Of a stretch of 64,000 nucleotides of DNA, positions 46,548 through 61,500 are shown piece by piece (the stretch's first letter is position 1; each line of letters begins with the position of its first letter). The stretch lies in assembly GCA_965637545.1 (NCBI GenBank), contig OZ281499.1, positions 15,624,001 to 15,688,000 of the forward strand, given 5' to 3'. Below the pieces are notes generated by a model that did no database searches, had not been told where the DNA came from, and saw only the letters and a program-made list of their open reading frames with translations. The stretch is from Phallusia mammillata. Its lineage: Eukaryota. A program made the position numbers and the translations under genes.

Positions 46548-49500
46548 CTGCCGGTGTGAAATGTAAATAGTTAAGTGGCAGCTAAGAAAAAATAACCAAC
46601 TGGTCTTAAGGTTGTTCTAAAGTAGTAGTTCTTAACCTTTTTGGTGTAGTTTCCAATTGAAATCAATCACGCTCAAATTCCCCCCGTTATTACCTTTATC
46701 ATGATTTTTTGTACAGTACATACAATAATGTTTTTTATTCGATTAAATATACTTAACTTTATGACTAAACAATTAAATTTATAAGCTTAAATATTTGAGT
46801 AAAACATGAAACAAATAATTATCTGCCATTGTATTATACAATATCCCTCTGCAATTACGTAATTACCCACAGGTCAAGAACCACTGGTCTAAACGTTTAT
46901 AGTCAGGGACACTAAACTATTTGTTTAATCAAGCACAAAACAAACGCAGAGTGCTTTTTTACATAAATTACATTTCATAACAATTATACGGTGCAGCTTG
47001 TTTTTGATTTTTTACACACAGCAATCTTAATTGGCCTCAGTAATATTTGCATAAGATTTCTTAAATTTCAAATTGCCCAAAAAATGCAAACACAAAGACG
47101 GGGCTTAAAAATATACTCACTCGTTGGCCACAAAAACGTCCAAACCGGACAGCGCTATCAGAGTTTCCATCATAAACTTCAACAAAATCATAACTGCAGT
47201 CACTTTCGTCTTCCACTTCAAAAGCGGGAAATACAAGTTCGACTCCATAGCCCCGCTGTGCGGTAACAACCCAGTCACATTCCCTGCCACTTATGTAGTT
47301 GGTGTCTCCATATTGTGGGTGCGAAAACAATTCACGCCTTCGCGAAGCTGCGCTGAGGTTTCCTCCACATACTAAACAAAATTTTGTAAGAGATTTAATC
47401 AAGTGCATAATCAAGTAAGTAACTTCATAAATAAATATTATTGTTACATTTTTACTGACAAAAATTGTATATTAAAAACAAAAATTAAAAATACACGATT
47501 AAATTCATAATAAAGTCATTTGTTTCATATGGAAATTTTGTCTTCACATATTTTGTGTCATTATTTTTGGTTGACAGCAGGACACTTTACTCGATAACCC
47601 ATGTTTTTATCGACATCCTTGCTGTTTTATCTAACCGTTTGTGTACTAGTCCCAAATGCCTGACCAAGCTTTTCGGACAGGGTTTGGGCTTATGTTTGAA
47701 TAAATTGGCTTGAGTTGAGCCTCACTGTACACTTTGTGTAGTATGGTGCTTCGGTTCCGGGATTTTCCGGGATTGGTTCATTTTCGGGCTTGTATTTTTT
47801 GGGCAATGGGTACTGAGTAAAGCTAGGGCTATTAGGACTGGGCTGACGTTTCATAACATTAATAACAACATCAACTCAAAAACGCAGTTCCTTATGTTAA
47901 ATTTAGTCCCTAACCCTATTCCAGCCTCACTGTTAATTTAAATAACAGCTCTCTGTCGCCATCTATCGGTATTTAGCAAACTTTTGTACTGTGAGTACCT
48001 GTGAGTACCTAACTCTACCTTAACAATGTGCCTTAATATGTAAAAAACAACATAGCAATTTTTTTACCTGTAGTGTGTGAAGCTTGAAATCCACGCTTTT
48101 GCACAGAAGCATCAGAAAAGAATTTTACGAACATGATGTTGCCACTGGCAATGATCGGTACAGGTTTCTTTGTGCCACAATAACGACCAAGCATAGAAGC
48201 TGTGCCGTTTTCACCATCAAACACTTCAAGGTGGTCGTAGGTACATTCAGGTTGATTCTCAAGCTCGAATTCAGCAAAAACCTGAAAATATTATTGACTG
48301 TTAGTCAATACATATCATTCGCAAATCATGCGAAAAAATCATATGATTTTGATTAATTACATTCCGGATAATCACACGTTCCGTTTTGTAGCAAATTGAA
48401 CAAACGGTAAACAAGGGGTCGATTTTTCCTGGTTTTAGTTTGTTTTAAATTATTTTAACTTTTATAATATTCAATAACGAGGCGATATTATTTCACGTTT
48501 AGATACATAAAAAGTTTTACTTGATTCAATCAGTGGGAGAGCAATATATTAAAGCGCCACTGCTTACGATTCTTGCTCATAAATAGGTAAAAAGGAGCGT
48601 TTTATCCGCCAATCACTTGAAGTTGAACAAAAAAATAAAAAAATGGTATTTAACACAACTACAAACTTACGAGTTTCACACGATGACCAGCTGTTGTTGA
48701 AATATGCCAGGTGCATTCCTTTCTGCCCGGGTACTTGTTGGGGTAATTAGGACTGGTGATTTCGCCGACATGGGATGTAATCGTATGTTCACAACCAGCT
48801 GAATAAAAATATAAATTTAAATATAAAACAAATTCAAGTTCGAAAACTCATTGTCAAAGTCATACACGTTTTGCGCTTTCTTGAACAGACCACTTTTTAT
48901 CAGTTAATAATCTTTAGATTTTTAGAACTCGTTGAGGGTAACAATTGGTTTAGTGTTTCAATCGCAATGCTATAATTTAGATTTTTAAATTAATACGAAT
49001 ATAGATGTAAAGTGATATAACAGACTCATATTTCACATCAAACAGAACACTGTTACAAACAATGTAAGGATCTTATTATATTGGAATATTTGGAAAAGCA
49101 CGCTTACTAAAAAATCTACAATAAACTAACAAATAAAATTTAGACCAGTGTTTTCAATAGTAAATCCGCGCGAACAAAGCAACCCCAGCAACAATGCTCT
49201 AAGTTTGAGAAACGCTGATTACAAAAAACAAACATAAAAAGCACCTTCTTTGCAGTCCCTGGCATTGTCGTGAAGTACAAATCCGTTCCGACAAGAGCAA
49301 GTGAAGCTTCCTACAGTGTTATGGCACATGTGCATGCAACCTCCGTTATCTTCAGCGCATTCGTTTCTGTCCGACGTAAAACGGATCCTGAACCCTGAAA
49401 AAGCAAAAATCGAAATTATAATGGCCGCTTGGTGACACCAAAGAGTTTACAATTTGCTATGAGGATTTTGTGTTACCTCTTTTGGCGACTGTGTCGTCTG

Positions 49501-52500
49501 ATGAGAACTTAATTCTCATTTGATTGGAAGTGGAAGTGATTATTGGAGGAAGCTCAGCTCCACAAAATTTCCCGTTCAGTTTTGATGACTCGGATAAACC
49601 GCTTCTGACTTCAACGTAATCGTATTTGCACACCTAAAGAAGTGTGTTTTTAGTTTAGATTACTTATTCAGGTCCAAAGTCTACGAGAAACACAAGTTAT
49701 CCAACCCATTGTTACACGATAGATCCCCATGGACGCCGTCAAAGTAATACATCACGCAGAGGGGAAAACACCTAAATTGTCTTGTTTGTACTGGAGAGCT
49801 TAAACAATACGGAAAATATGCCGGGAAATTTGCATGAAAAATAGCAGTTTAACTTGCAATATTACGCTCAAATTATGCAAACCAAAAGATTTGTTCAGTT
49901 TCGCTTATCAAAGTTGCATTAAACCTCTCCAGTTTGAAAAAATAGACAATTTGTGTGTCATTTGCTAATTTGGACACAAACGCCAGGAGGGTCTATCACG
50001 TAACATTGGTAGGGACAACTTGTGTTTTGTGCGGACTTTAATTGGATCCAATTAGCAGTCTTGGGACACCAATCGTATAGCTTTAGTTTTCAAATGGGCA
50101 CTATGTTATCATCTTCCCACGTTACTGACGCAAAATCAGTAATCAATCTAACCCATAAACAAACAACAATTTTCAACGGGAAACCACAATAAAAACATAT
50201 ACTCAAATGCGTTGGTAACCCAAAACCCCAACTGTTTACACATAACAAACACTTGATCAGCCGATGTAAAGCTAGCGCACAATATTTGTGTTTCCCGATG
50301 GTTACGACAAAGCTTACCTCATTGCCCTCCAATTCGAACTTGTCAAACTGTATCGTGATTTTGTGCTGGGGCGGGGCGACGATTTGCCATGTACACTGCT
50401 TATTTGTTGGGTAATCCTGAGGCCAGTTCGGTGATGTTATTTCACCATCCAGTGTGGTTACAAATCCACCGCACGCAGCTTCACAGGTCCTGTAATGCCG
50501 ATGTTATTTGTACATGTCCTAATTCTTAATTGACAAAATAGGCTATTAGTTAATATTTTAAGCATTCCTAACGAAATAAATTTGTGCTCAATTTTTAAAC
50601 ATGGAAGGATTCAAAAATAAAGACTTAAATTTATTTTGTCCTGATGACCAAAGAAAAGTAATTTGTTCTGAAAAAAAGTAATAACGAATGGTCACCTATG
50701 CTAGTTTTGTGACAAACTATATTGTGTACTTCTTGGATATAATTGTTTATTACAGTGACGTATGCAGTACAAAATTTGAACTCGAAAATGTAAAAGGGGT
50801 AAAAAATGTTATGACTTGATAAGTTAGAATAACATAATTTTGGCCCTGGTTTACCCAGTAGTCCTTATCTATTTGAATTGCTAAATTGATACAAAACAAA
50901 AAACACTTTCATGTTGATTTAAAGGTTTTGACCTAAACTAACCTTCCATCCCTGCGAAGTTCGAAACCGGGAAAACAAGAGCATTTGTAGCTGCCCAAAG
51001 TGTTGATGCAGTTTTGCTGGCAACCGCCATTGTTGGCTGTCGAACACTCATTTCTTTCTTTGAAGAAGGACGCAGCGAACCCAGCCTTGTTCACCGAAGC
51101 TACGATGCCAAAAAAAACAACGATGAATTAGATTCATAAAGAAAAATATTGGGAGAAAAATATGTGCGATTATCGAGGTGCAACTGTTAATATTCAGTTA
51201 TTAAACTGTGTGTCAAGCTGAAATGGCTTTTTATATTTGAAACAAACATATCTTTTCACGCGCATAAAATTGACACACCCGAATAATATAGTCAAAAAAG
51301 GGTAGGGTTTTAAAAATTATAGATCGTTTTTTTTGTAAAAACCTATTTAAATATGAAAAGTAAGCTGCCGACTGTGCACACTGTTCCGACCTATAAGCCC
51401 TCATCAGTGTAGCTGGTAGCAAGAGATAGGCCGTATTGGCTAGTGTAGCCACTCAACGCACTTTGTTGGTTTGGGGCAACAGGCAGAAATGCCAAAAAAG
51501 AAATGCCAAAAGATCAATTCTGTTCAAAACTTACTTATGTCTTCATGCTCTTATATTCAAACATGCATGTAAACGTATACCTTTGTGTTCATGCAAGCTT
51601 AAACGCAATTACCTTATTTAGTACTGCATTGTACTTACCATCGGAAACAAATTTAATCCATAGCGTGTTCCCTGTAGACTTGATGTCATCAGGCCTATCG
51701 TAACCACAAAATCGTCCGATCAGTTCTGAATCTTCGGTCGATCCATCACGTACTTCAAGGTAATCATATGAACATGTATCGTGTCGTTCCACCTGCATAA
51801 AAGGTATCTTGTTACATGTTTAAACGTGTTTTAATTGATCTGTGGTAACATGAAATTTTAAAACATTCGTTTGTACGTTTTGAAGGGTCGATAATGAAAA
51901 ATTCATCTAGAATGAAACAGTATAACTATAGGCGATGTTCTTACGCAACAATGGAAGTTAGTGACGTCAAATTAGAGGGCCAGCAAAAGTAACGTCGCAA
52001 TTCACAAATACTTTGGCAATATTTTTTTTAACTCAAAACTACCCTACTTAATTATTGTTAATTTTATTGTTAGTCAAAAGTTGGCAAGCAAATTAGATCA
52101 ACTAAACAAGTCATTTTACAGCCGTACTAATGGAGTTTAGGGTTCCAGCATAAAACATAATTTAGATCAGGGGTTCTTAACCAGGGGTGCGAGAACTGTT
52201 CCTAGGGGGTGCGGGAATGCTGATTTATTAAGGTTGGTTAGGTCTATTATATATAAATACAAAAATTCATGGGGGGTGCGAAAATTGGTTGGTGATTTGA
52301 AAGGGGTGCAGCAAGGACAAAAGGTTAAGAACCACTATATAGATTTTCAGCGTAAAACATTGTAATTAGCTCAAGCAAAGTTGCAAAAAAACAAATTCAA
52401 AACGCAAACCTTGAAGGATTGAAAGGACAAGCCAACTTGAAATCCTTCATCAACGTTAACTGTCCAAACACATTCTTTGTCGGGTCGGTAATCGTCCGGA

Positions 52501-55500
52501 TAGTTGGGACTTTGAATTTGTCCTGAATTTTTGAAGATATCACCTCCGCAGACTGCTTCATACTGTGACAACAATTTCCAAAATTAAACAAAGCACACCT
52601 TAAACCTGTAACCAAAGTGGCACTCGACATGTTGCTAAAAAATGACCTTTTAAACAAAATCACTCATTACAGCTAACCTAGCTTTCAAGTCTAAGAAAAC
52701 AGAAGTAACAAAGGACATAAGTGATGAAACTAACCCAAATAGACGTAAAAAGCGACATGATTTATTGTTTAAACGTTTCGGCAAACGCTCATGCCATCGT
52801 CAGCGATATAAAGGGCCACATCAGTTACACCCGTTTATATCCACATGAGTCATGTAAAAGATTTGGGCCGTTATTTTCATCAATAAACTTATGAACAGAT
52901 CCGTACGTAGTGTTCCAAATAACACATGTTTTTGGAAAAGAAGAATTGCATTTTTGAAGTTGTCAATAAACGTAACGTAATGTGGATATAAGAGCTGTAT
53001 TGTAGTATTGGCTATGACAATTATGTACTGTATGTGAAGAAACAATATTTGTAAAGCATTATTCTCTGCAATGATAATGTAAGGATAGTCTTTGCTAAAA
53101 CATTTAAGACTGTTTCAGATTGCAAGTATTTTTCTCTGAACAAAGTGTGGACGAGAAACAGCAAAATCGATAAAGTGGTTTCAGCCTTGAAAGGGTAACC
53201 TGCAATTAATATTTAATATAATCCCCTTACCGTCAATCGGAAACCGCTTCCTTGATAATTACTCGAGCTACTGAACTTCATCCATATTCTGCTGTCAGTG
53301 GAGATTATCTGGCTTGGAAGTTCGTTGCCACAATATCGACCTGCAATGTAATTTCCTAATATAATGCATTTGAATAAAAAATGTGAGGCAATGTAGCGAA
53401 AAAATAACGTTTTATTATTTATTGTTTCGTTTTGGAAAATCATTTAAAATCATTTTAAAGATAAATTTTATTGCGACCTAATTGGCAGAATGTTGGCAGA
53501 ATTGTCCCGTATTTAAACAGCTTGTAGTAAATGCCGAATAACTGTATGCATTTATGCGTGAGAAACGATCACTGAAAAACACTATATCTGGGGTCTGTGT
53601 TCTAGGGTTTAAAGTTACTGCAGGTAAAAATAGGATTATCTGGGGTTAGTTAGATCAGTGCAAGTACGCCTTGTGGGCATTTGCACGTATAAAAGTCCTG
53701 GTTTGACCTTAGGTTTGACCTTAGGTTAGTGCATGTGAAACAAATCGATTGTATCTTATAATTACATCCCATGTGGGTACATACAAATACATGCGTGCAT
53801 TTTTTCGCCTTGTATTTTGTCGTCTGAAGATGGTTTTCAGTAACCTTTAATTATTTCAATATTTTACCTATCAGGTTGGATTGTTCCCAGTGTCCGTCTC
53901 GAATTTCCACGTAATCATACCAGCAACCGCGACTGCAAATTAAAAAATATGATATCCAAAGTTTTTCAGTCAAGTCACGGCAAAAGATGCAAACTTTAAA
54001 CACTCCGAAACTAAAAATCAGCAAACCAATTATATTATCCATTTTATGTAGTCAAATCGCGACCACATATACACATATAAAACACTCTTTGAGCAAAAAA
54101 TAGCCAACAAAACAATAATATCGATTTTTTTAGTCAAGTTGTAGCAAAATGCACAAAGTTCCAAATAATGCTAAATAAAAATGAGCCTAATTTGTATTTA
54201 AAAAATGTCCAACCTGCTGTAAATATCCATGTGGGTAAAATCCATGACGATCTTCTCTCCCGGGGTTACACTTATTCTCCATTCACAATTTGAGTATGAG
54301 GGATATGCCTGAGGGTAATTGGGTGACGTCACATTCCCAGTGGTGTTTTGAAGGGTACATCCGCAAGCTAAAAAATATGTTTTATTCAGTAAGATTTTAT
54401 ATTTAACTTCTGTGCAGCACTTTGTTTTGAAATAATTAGAAAATAGCACACCTTGAACTCACATTAGACAAGTTTGCTAATTACCGTTAGGTGGCGCAAA
54501 GAGCATTCGCGAATGTTACAAATGCACTTTAAGTGAAAATGCTGACGGTTAGGGCTATTAGGGTTGAGGTAAGGTTTCATAAAATAGAAGCAATAAAATC
54601 AACCTATTGAGTGCCTAACCCTCTACCCACTTTATACACAGCTATTACATTTACAGTATGCATAAGCAAAGTCGCAAGCGTGCCCAAAATTAGGGTCAAA
54701 ACCCGACCATAACTAATAGTTCAGTCCCAAACCCGATTTTGTTACACAAGGCTAAAAAAAAGCCCAAAAGTTGACAAAACCTCGTCTGAAATAATGCCAA
54801 ATGCTAATTTAAGCTCGAATCAAGTGCGATTTGTTCATACCTGAGCCCAAACCCGACTCGAAGTAAGGCCTTATTTACAACTAAAAGTGTCTCATATAGT
54901 TCGTTTTTGGAAGGAAAACAAATACGAAAACGACAAGTCCATTTGAAACAGAAACATTTCTTGATGTGAAATGTCGCAACAGCTTTGGCACTTACTCGGA
55001 CAACTGTACAGCTTCTTTGCTTGTGCCACGTCACCATCACTCAAACGTAATCGTTGTCCGATGCTTGGACGGACGCCAGTGTTCTGGTCGACCATTGGCC
55101 TTATTGTGTCCAAAAACATACCTAAAATGGAAAAATAACCGTTTTACTTAACCGACTGTTCGTGTAAATGAGAGTAATTCAAGAAAAATCGAGTTTAAAC
55201 TACTTCTTGTTGAGCGTATACGTACAAAACGTACAGTTACACTAAAAACAACAACAAAAAAGAAAACACAAATGTACAAGTGTGGGTTAACGAAAACACA
55301 AAAAAAACGTGTTTTGAATTGAATAAAACATGAGGAGAACATTTAATCCCGATCTAATAACAAAAGCGGGCTCGACTGACCACGGCTAATGAACAGTAGC
55401 CAGGGAAACATTAATGGGGACAAATCGCTACCCCTCAAATGGCCAAAGAGGGGCATAAATTATTGACGTTCAACCGCTTAGTAGGGCAAATGCACTGGCA

Positions 55501-58500
55501 AAGCGAAGTCGACCTAATGGAAATCGACGTGTTGTGAAGGTAGGGTTAGCCACAAACTTTCAGCCTGTGAAGCTGGATCCAGTTTTGTTGCAAACAAATT
55601 ATGCAGCCAACATTTCAGGTCATACATTATAAATGAGTCAGTATATTTCCCAACAATAAATGACTGCTGGAGTTACGCCAATTTTAACAACTATAAAAGG
55701 AATGCAAGTGCCCATATTATCTTTCCGAAATTTTAAAGTGGGCTTGTCTAACGACTAGATTATTAGGTGAACAAATTTAAGAAAGCATAAAGAGATATCC
55801 CATTCAGAAAGAAAACCCAAAATAATTTGACAACAAAATATCTTTCATGTTATGTACAGAAGAAAACGTTTTTAAGGCCCAAAAATGTACCTTTACTGAA
55901 CGTGTTTCGGGCGTAGTGCATGATGCTGTAATAATCGTATTTTTCACCCAACGAATTGATTTCACTTGGATTCATCTGCTCAAAGTTATATTCTTGACCT
56001 GAAAAATGGTAATAAAAGAAAATTTATTCCATAATACACAACGCCAACTGAAACTATAGATCCAATGTAGCTTACCAGCTTGAATATTCTTGTATATGAT
56101 TTCTATGTGCCTATCCCGGTCTGGGCGAGTGTGTTCATGCCAAAAGCCGATAACATGGCCTAACTCATGCACAACTATACCAAATTTGTCGCAATTCTTT
56201 CCGATTGAGATTGCCTGGGGACCGCCTCCCCTCCTTCCAACGTATGAACAGCAGCTGGTAAAAAAAATCGGATATCAGTTGCGTCTAAATTGCCGGTTGT
56301 AATGCTTTTATGGGGTAAAATTGCTTGTTGTTAGGGCCTGGACTTTGTCGTGTGGTCGCTAATGTTCCGGTGCTATCATGCAGGTATGTGCGATCGTGTG
56401 TTGAAAATAGGTGTAGTTTTGTACATTCCCCAAATAAGTCTTTTCAATGCCGTTACTTGTACAGATTGTTGGTATACATTTACATGCAGCGTGACAGTAT
56501 CAGACTAGCGAAACAGCAACAAAAATGTAACATTAGGGCTAAGGCGGTGTTTCTTAACGCTTATAGTCTGAGACTATATTTGCCCTAGCATAACCATTAG
56601 TGAACTTACTGAAAATATTAAACAATAAATTAAAATAAAAGCTTTTTTAGTATGTTAAAGGTTTCTTTTGCGAAAGTCCGCAGATTTAGGATTTAGAAAC
56701 ACTTGACAATTAAATAGGGATAATTTAAATTAGGAGTTATAGGTTTCAGAACTGTTTTAGCCTTTTCAATAAGAAAAAAGACGACGACTTTAAATGTGTG
56801 ATAAATGGTCGTTTATTGCAGCTTATCATGTGTTGGCTTGATGTTTTTATGTTGGTCGTTTATTGTTTAGCGTTTCCAGTGTACTTACCCACAAGGCCGG
56901 TAGGTAAACTTAATGTAAGAAACTTCGTTGGTTCTTTCGATGAAGGTAATGCATGTGCGGCTTTCCCAATGTCTCATCGCTTGTTTGAACATAGCGCGTT
57001 GTGAACCTGAGAATGAAAGAAAACGCCCATTAACCAAAGGTAACGTCGCTCTATACTTAATAGTTGGTCATAATTGTTACGCAGTTAAAAGACTCTCACA
57101 AAGACATATCAAACTTTTGCTAGTGTCGAATTTAGAAATAATACTCCGAATGCTTACATAGACTTTGATTTTCTTCCATTAATGAAGGATAATAATTCTT
57201 AAAACGCACTTTTAGTGCATGTGTTTTGTACCAACTGACATATCACCATAAAATATGGAGACATTATAAGACAAGCGAACTGCCTTTCAGGCCAATGTCT
57301 GGTCAAAAGCTACAGTTGCAGTCTACGGGGTACAGCACACTAAGTCTGGAGCATGATATGATTTTATTTTGCAACACGTGGGCTCCTACGAGGTGGGTAA
57401 GTATGGGACCTAATTACAAATGAAAAAGGAAAATCCCAAATTCTACTAGCCACAGTTAATCACCAATGACAAGCCGGGAACGTTTCTTATCATGACACAT
57501 CGCTTTATCAGCCAAATAACAATCGACAAGCAAACAAATCAAACACGTGAAGGCGATAGGTCCACCAAATCAGCTCCTGTTTGTTGTGAATAGGCTTTGT
57601 GTGAAAAATTCAACCACACAAGGAACTGGCTTGTTTTGTGCTTTTTATTAGCACCAGTTACACCACACCATAACTTAGAGTAAACATTGGCCCACTGACA
57701 TGCGAAAAAATAACGACAGTCACTAAATCCCAACACAGAACTGTTGTCTCTTTTCGGAACCCAGTAAGAAAGGCAAACACCCCTAAAGGGTTGGTGTGTT
57801 TCGATAGTGACGCTTATTGGAGGCAAACAACGGTGGGACGATTCCAGGGTTATAAATCATGACACGGTTTTTGGCAGGAAAGGTGACGTAAAACAAGTGG
57901 TATGTTTGAACACTACTTGAGGCGTCAAAACTATTTAATGTTGATGTGCTTGTAGATGTCACCTGTCGTGTGTTGTTACATTCAAGTATAAGTTTGTATT
58001 AAAACATACGTTTTATTTGTTGTTTATAAAACACAACACATCACACAAACACAATACACACAAATTACATGTTTATGTGAATATTATGTAACTAATGTTC
58101 TTGCAATCAACGCTACTTTTTGCCATTTGGGAAATGACTTTTTTTCTTTTATCTACAATGCTATTTTTATCTAAAATCCGCTGTTTCTTGCCAATTTTTT
58201 AAAGGAAAAGGGACAGAAATGCTGACCTAATTAAGTTTTTGCTTTAGTGCATTTAGTTGTCCCAAATTTATGCTGGTTTATGTAAACTAAATTCGTTTTT
58301 GATCCTAAGACTGCAAGCAAAACGACAAAAAAGAAACGGTTCCAAAAACTTGACTGGTTAAGATGCAAGGACAATTTATCGAAAATTTGGTTGGTATTCC
58401 TTAAGCCTTATGGATTACTTGGTCAGTTAGAGTTGCCTGCCATTAGCAGTACTTAAACATTCCCAGGTTTAGCTAAAGCCAACCGTCTAAGCAGTTCAAG

Positions 58501-61500
58501 GTGAAATATATGGGAACCAGTTAACTAGTGATCGCTAAAACAAACAAGGACTTCTCTTACAGCAACTATCAATGCCCATTATGACGTCACAATCGGCTGG
58601 CATAGTGCTTGAACAAGGCGCATCAATCAAATATAAAGAGAACTATAAAGGCACAGGACCAGGCGGTAAAAAGGCCGTTAACTTTGTGTGGCGATTTTGA
58701 TATCATGTTACACTAAGGTTAAGCCGAAACCTATCAGTACTGTGTCTGATCTTTGATGTCCAGACTACTTCGACGAATAACAGGGTCAATTTCTACTGAA
58801 AGCACACACTAAAATAGCAGTTTTTTATTTTACCAGTGATTGTTGAAACAACCGGGCTTTTGACATTTTAACTGGAAATTGCAAGTTTGGAAACATCTAT
58901 TTCCAGGCTAAAATCAGCTTGCTATCGTATATAGAACATATATATATCGCTTATGCAAGCATCTTCATTGGTTTGTTCAAATAGAATCCAAATAAACCTT
59001 TCCAAACTTGTGATCCTACAATATGAAAGGTGAAAATCGTAACAAAATGGTAGCAGAATAAAGTTTGATTTTTCACAATTTACTGCTGATTTCCACAATT
59101 TATTATGTGGAAATTGCACAAAATAAACTTTAAAGCTGGCTACTTAAATGCGACTCTAATTTTCAGGCAAGATCAAGCGTTTTTTGCTGGTAGATCGCAA
59201 GAAACAGCTGGTCGGATATAACTTAGCCTTTGAATTCCAGTAACCGTGTCGTGCAATATTATACACCCTTTTCCGCCACGCGACCGTTTAACGGACGCAC
59301 TTTTCCGAAGCGAGTAGAGATGCAAGCTACCGAAACGCACATCAAAAGGCATTTTTGAGATGTGATTAAACTCTGCGGAACCTGTGGCGGTAGCAACGCG
59401 GCCTCGAGAGTCGTTACTTAGCAACGGGAACTTGACAGCCATAATTTTGATTTGCCGCTTACAGGCTGTAAGATGTTGGTTTGTTAAACCCATCGTGGAT
59501 TCTAACATTCGGCGTATAACTGAAGCAAGTTTGTTTAAGTGCTTTTTCTGTTGTTTGGATCATAAATCTAAGTGTAACGGACAGTTGACAACTGAGGAGT
59601 GACGACGCCATTTGTCAGTCATGCCAGACTAGCGTATGTCTGTGTGGTGATTTATTGCAATATTTCTAGCGTGTACAGGGACTTTTCTACCAGCAAAAGT
59701 CGCTTTACAAACTAGTACGACTGATCCATAATGGGTTTTCTACGATACTGAATGAACATGATTTAAATAAAAGTTTTAAAGTTTTGCATATACAGTAAAC
59801 CGGATCTTCGCCTAATTCGGACAATACTTAAGGTACATATGATTTGTAATGTGGTAAGGGTTTAACTAATTGACATAGGTTAATACCGATCTTCGCCTAA
59901 TCCGGAGAAAATGTTTACATTCCCTTTAGTGAGGTTTACTGTACATTCCCTTTAGTGAACACGTTTTGGATAAATTTGACTGCCCATTTTATATTGTTTA
60001 GGTTAAGTTAAACTTTAGGGTAAAAAGTATTTGCTGGTACGATTTGAAGCAAATGCCTGCAGCGCTGTCTGCCATAGTTTCCTGTTCACGGTATTCATTC
60101 AAGTTGTGTCGCCTAAGTATGGTAATTCACACTAAGTTATTAATACCACATTGATAGAGAACACAAGGGGATATCTATGTACGTCATATGTTCAAACCAA
60201 TACATTGAATTTGATGTAACATCACACGCCGTCTAGCATATATACAAATAGCCTAAGAACATATGAAATATCCCAGCAAAACAACCTGCTAGACACAACA
60301 CACTAGGGATAAACTTGTGCCAAAAACAAATGGATTTGATGTTTTTATGTCGCCAAAGGGGGCTGTTTGAAGCCTAATTGCTTATTTCCTGCTTACCGGC
60401 AAAAGCAATTGAACTCGGTTTTGGCAGCCAAATTGGCACCGAAGCCTTCTCAGTTAACCGCGAACAACAGCGGTAATAACAAAGTCCAGCAATTAAATCT
60501 TAACCGCAAAGGTCCCTGGATTCGGAACTAAAAACCGCAGCCTCTTTTATGACGTTAATTTGGATCTCAATTTTGTCAAAAGCGGGTATTTTTGGATGCG
60601 CAACTACTATGTAAAGGAATAATAGCCCCACTTTGGAACGAATATCCAATAAATACATTAAATTTTGTTTACGGAGTCAATCCAGTTTAAGTTTTGAAAG
60701 AAAACAATTATTGAGCAACCATGAACATCAAAATTTCCCAAAACTTGCCAAATATCTTTTCGCGTGTTTTCAAAATTCAGTAGTGTGTGGGAAACCTTTT
60801 TGCAAAATTTTACCACGGTGAAACAACGTTTTATATAGTGCAAAGTGAAAACCTTTTGGACAGATTAACTGAACATTTAAGAGATAAAAAGCAAAGATTT
60901 GACGTTACACAATAAGAAAAATCGATTTTTTTTTGCTTGCTGGTTAAGGCAATTTGGTGGGAATCTAACAATTGGGTTGTTAAGATTGTATTTCAGATTT
61001 TAATCAAGCCATAAGACGTAAAAACATTTGTTGTTTGATTTCGATGATAATAAACTTAAACACCGAAATTATACTTTTGTGCATTTTTAAACCAAGTTGT
61101 AGAGCAGCGGTTTTCTTTTTGGGGGGACCGCGAAAAGATAGAAGTACTTTTATAATCTTATTTGGCATCAGTTTGTGCAACTGAATAAGTTTAAATCAAA
61201 GTAGAATTGAGAATCGACTGTTGATAAAAACAATAGCATATTGCATGAAAATTAACAAAAAAGCAATTGTTCGCGCACAATCGTAAAGTTTTTTGTCTTG
61301 TCTGTGATGTCACAAGCTGTCTTTGGATCATTGTTATGCGCAATTTTGCATAACTAGCTAAAATCCTGCAATCAACCTTCGTTTTTCTAAAATACACATT
61401 CAGGCTTCAGGGCCGCGAGCTCTCAAAATAATGGCAAAGGAACCGTTTAAAAAAATAATGAAAAAGTTTGAGCCACTGTTGTAGAGCATAGTTGTATAAA

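Noticed and set aside
58922-59119. Possible extra Tolloid exon (tgtag|GA TCA CAA)
   Set aside because: The in-phase reading hits a stop; the true GSQR exon is at 56889-57006.
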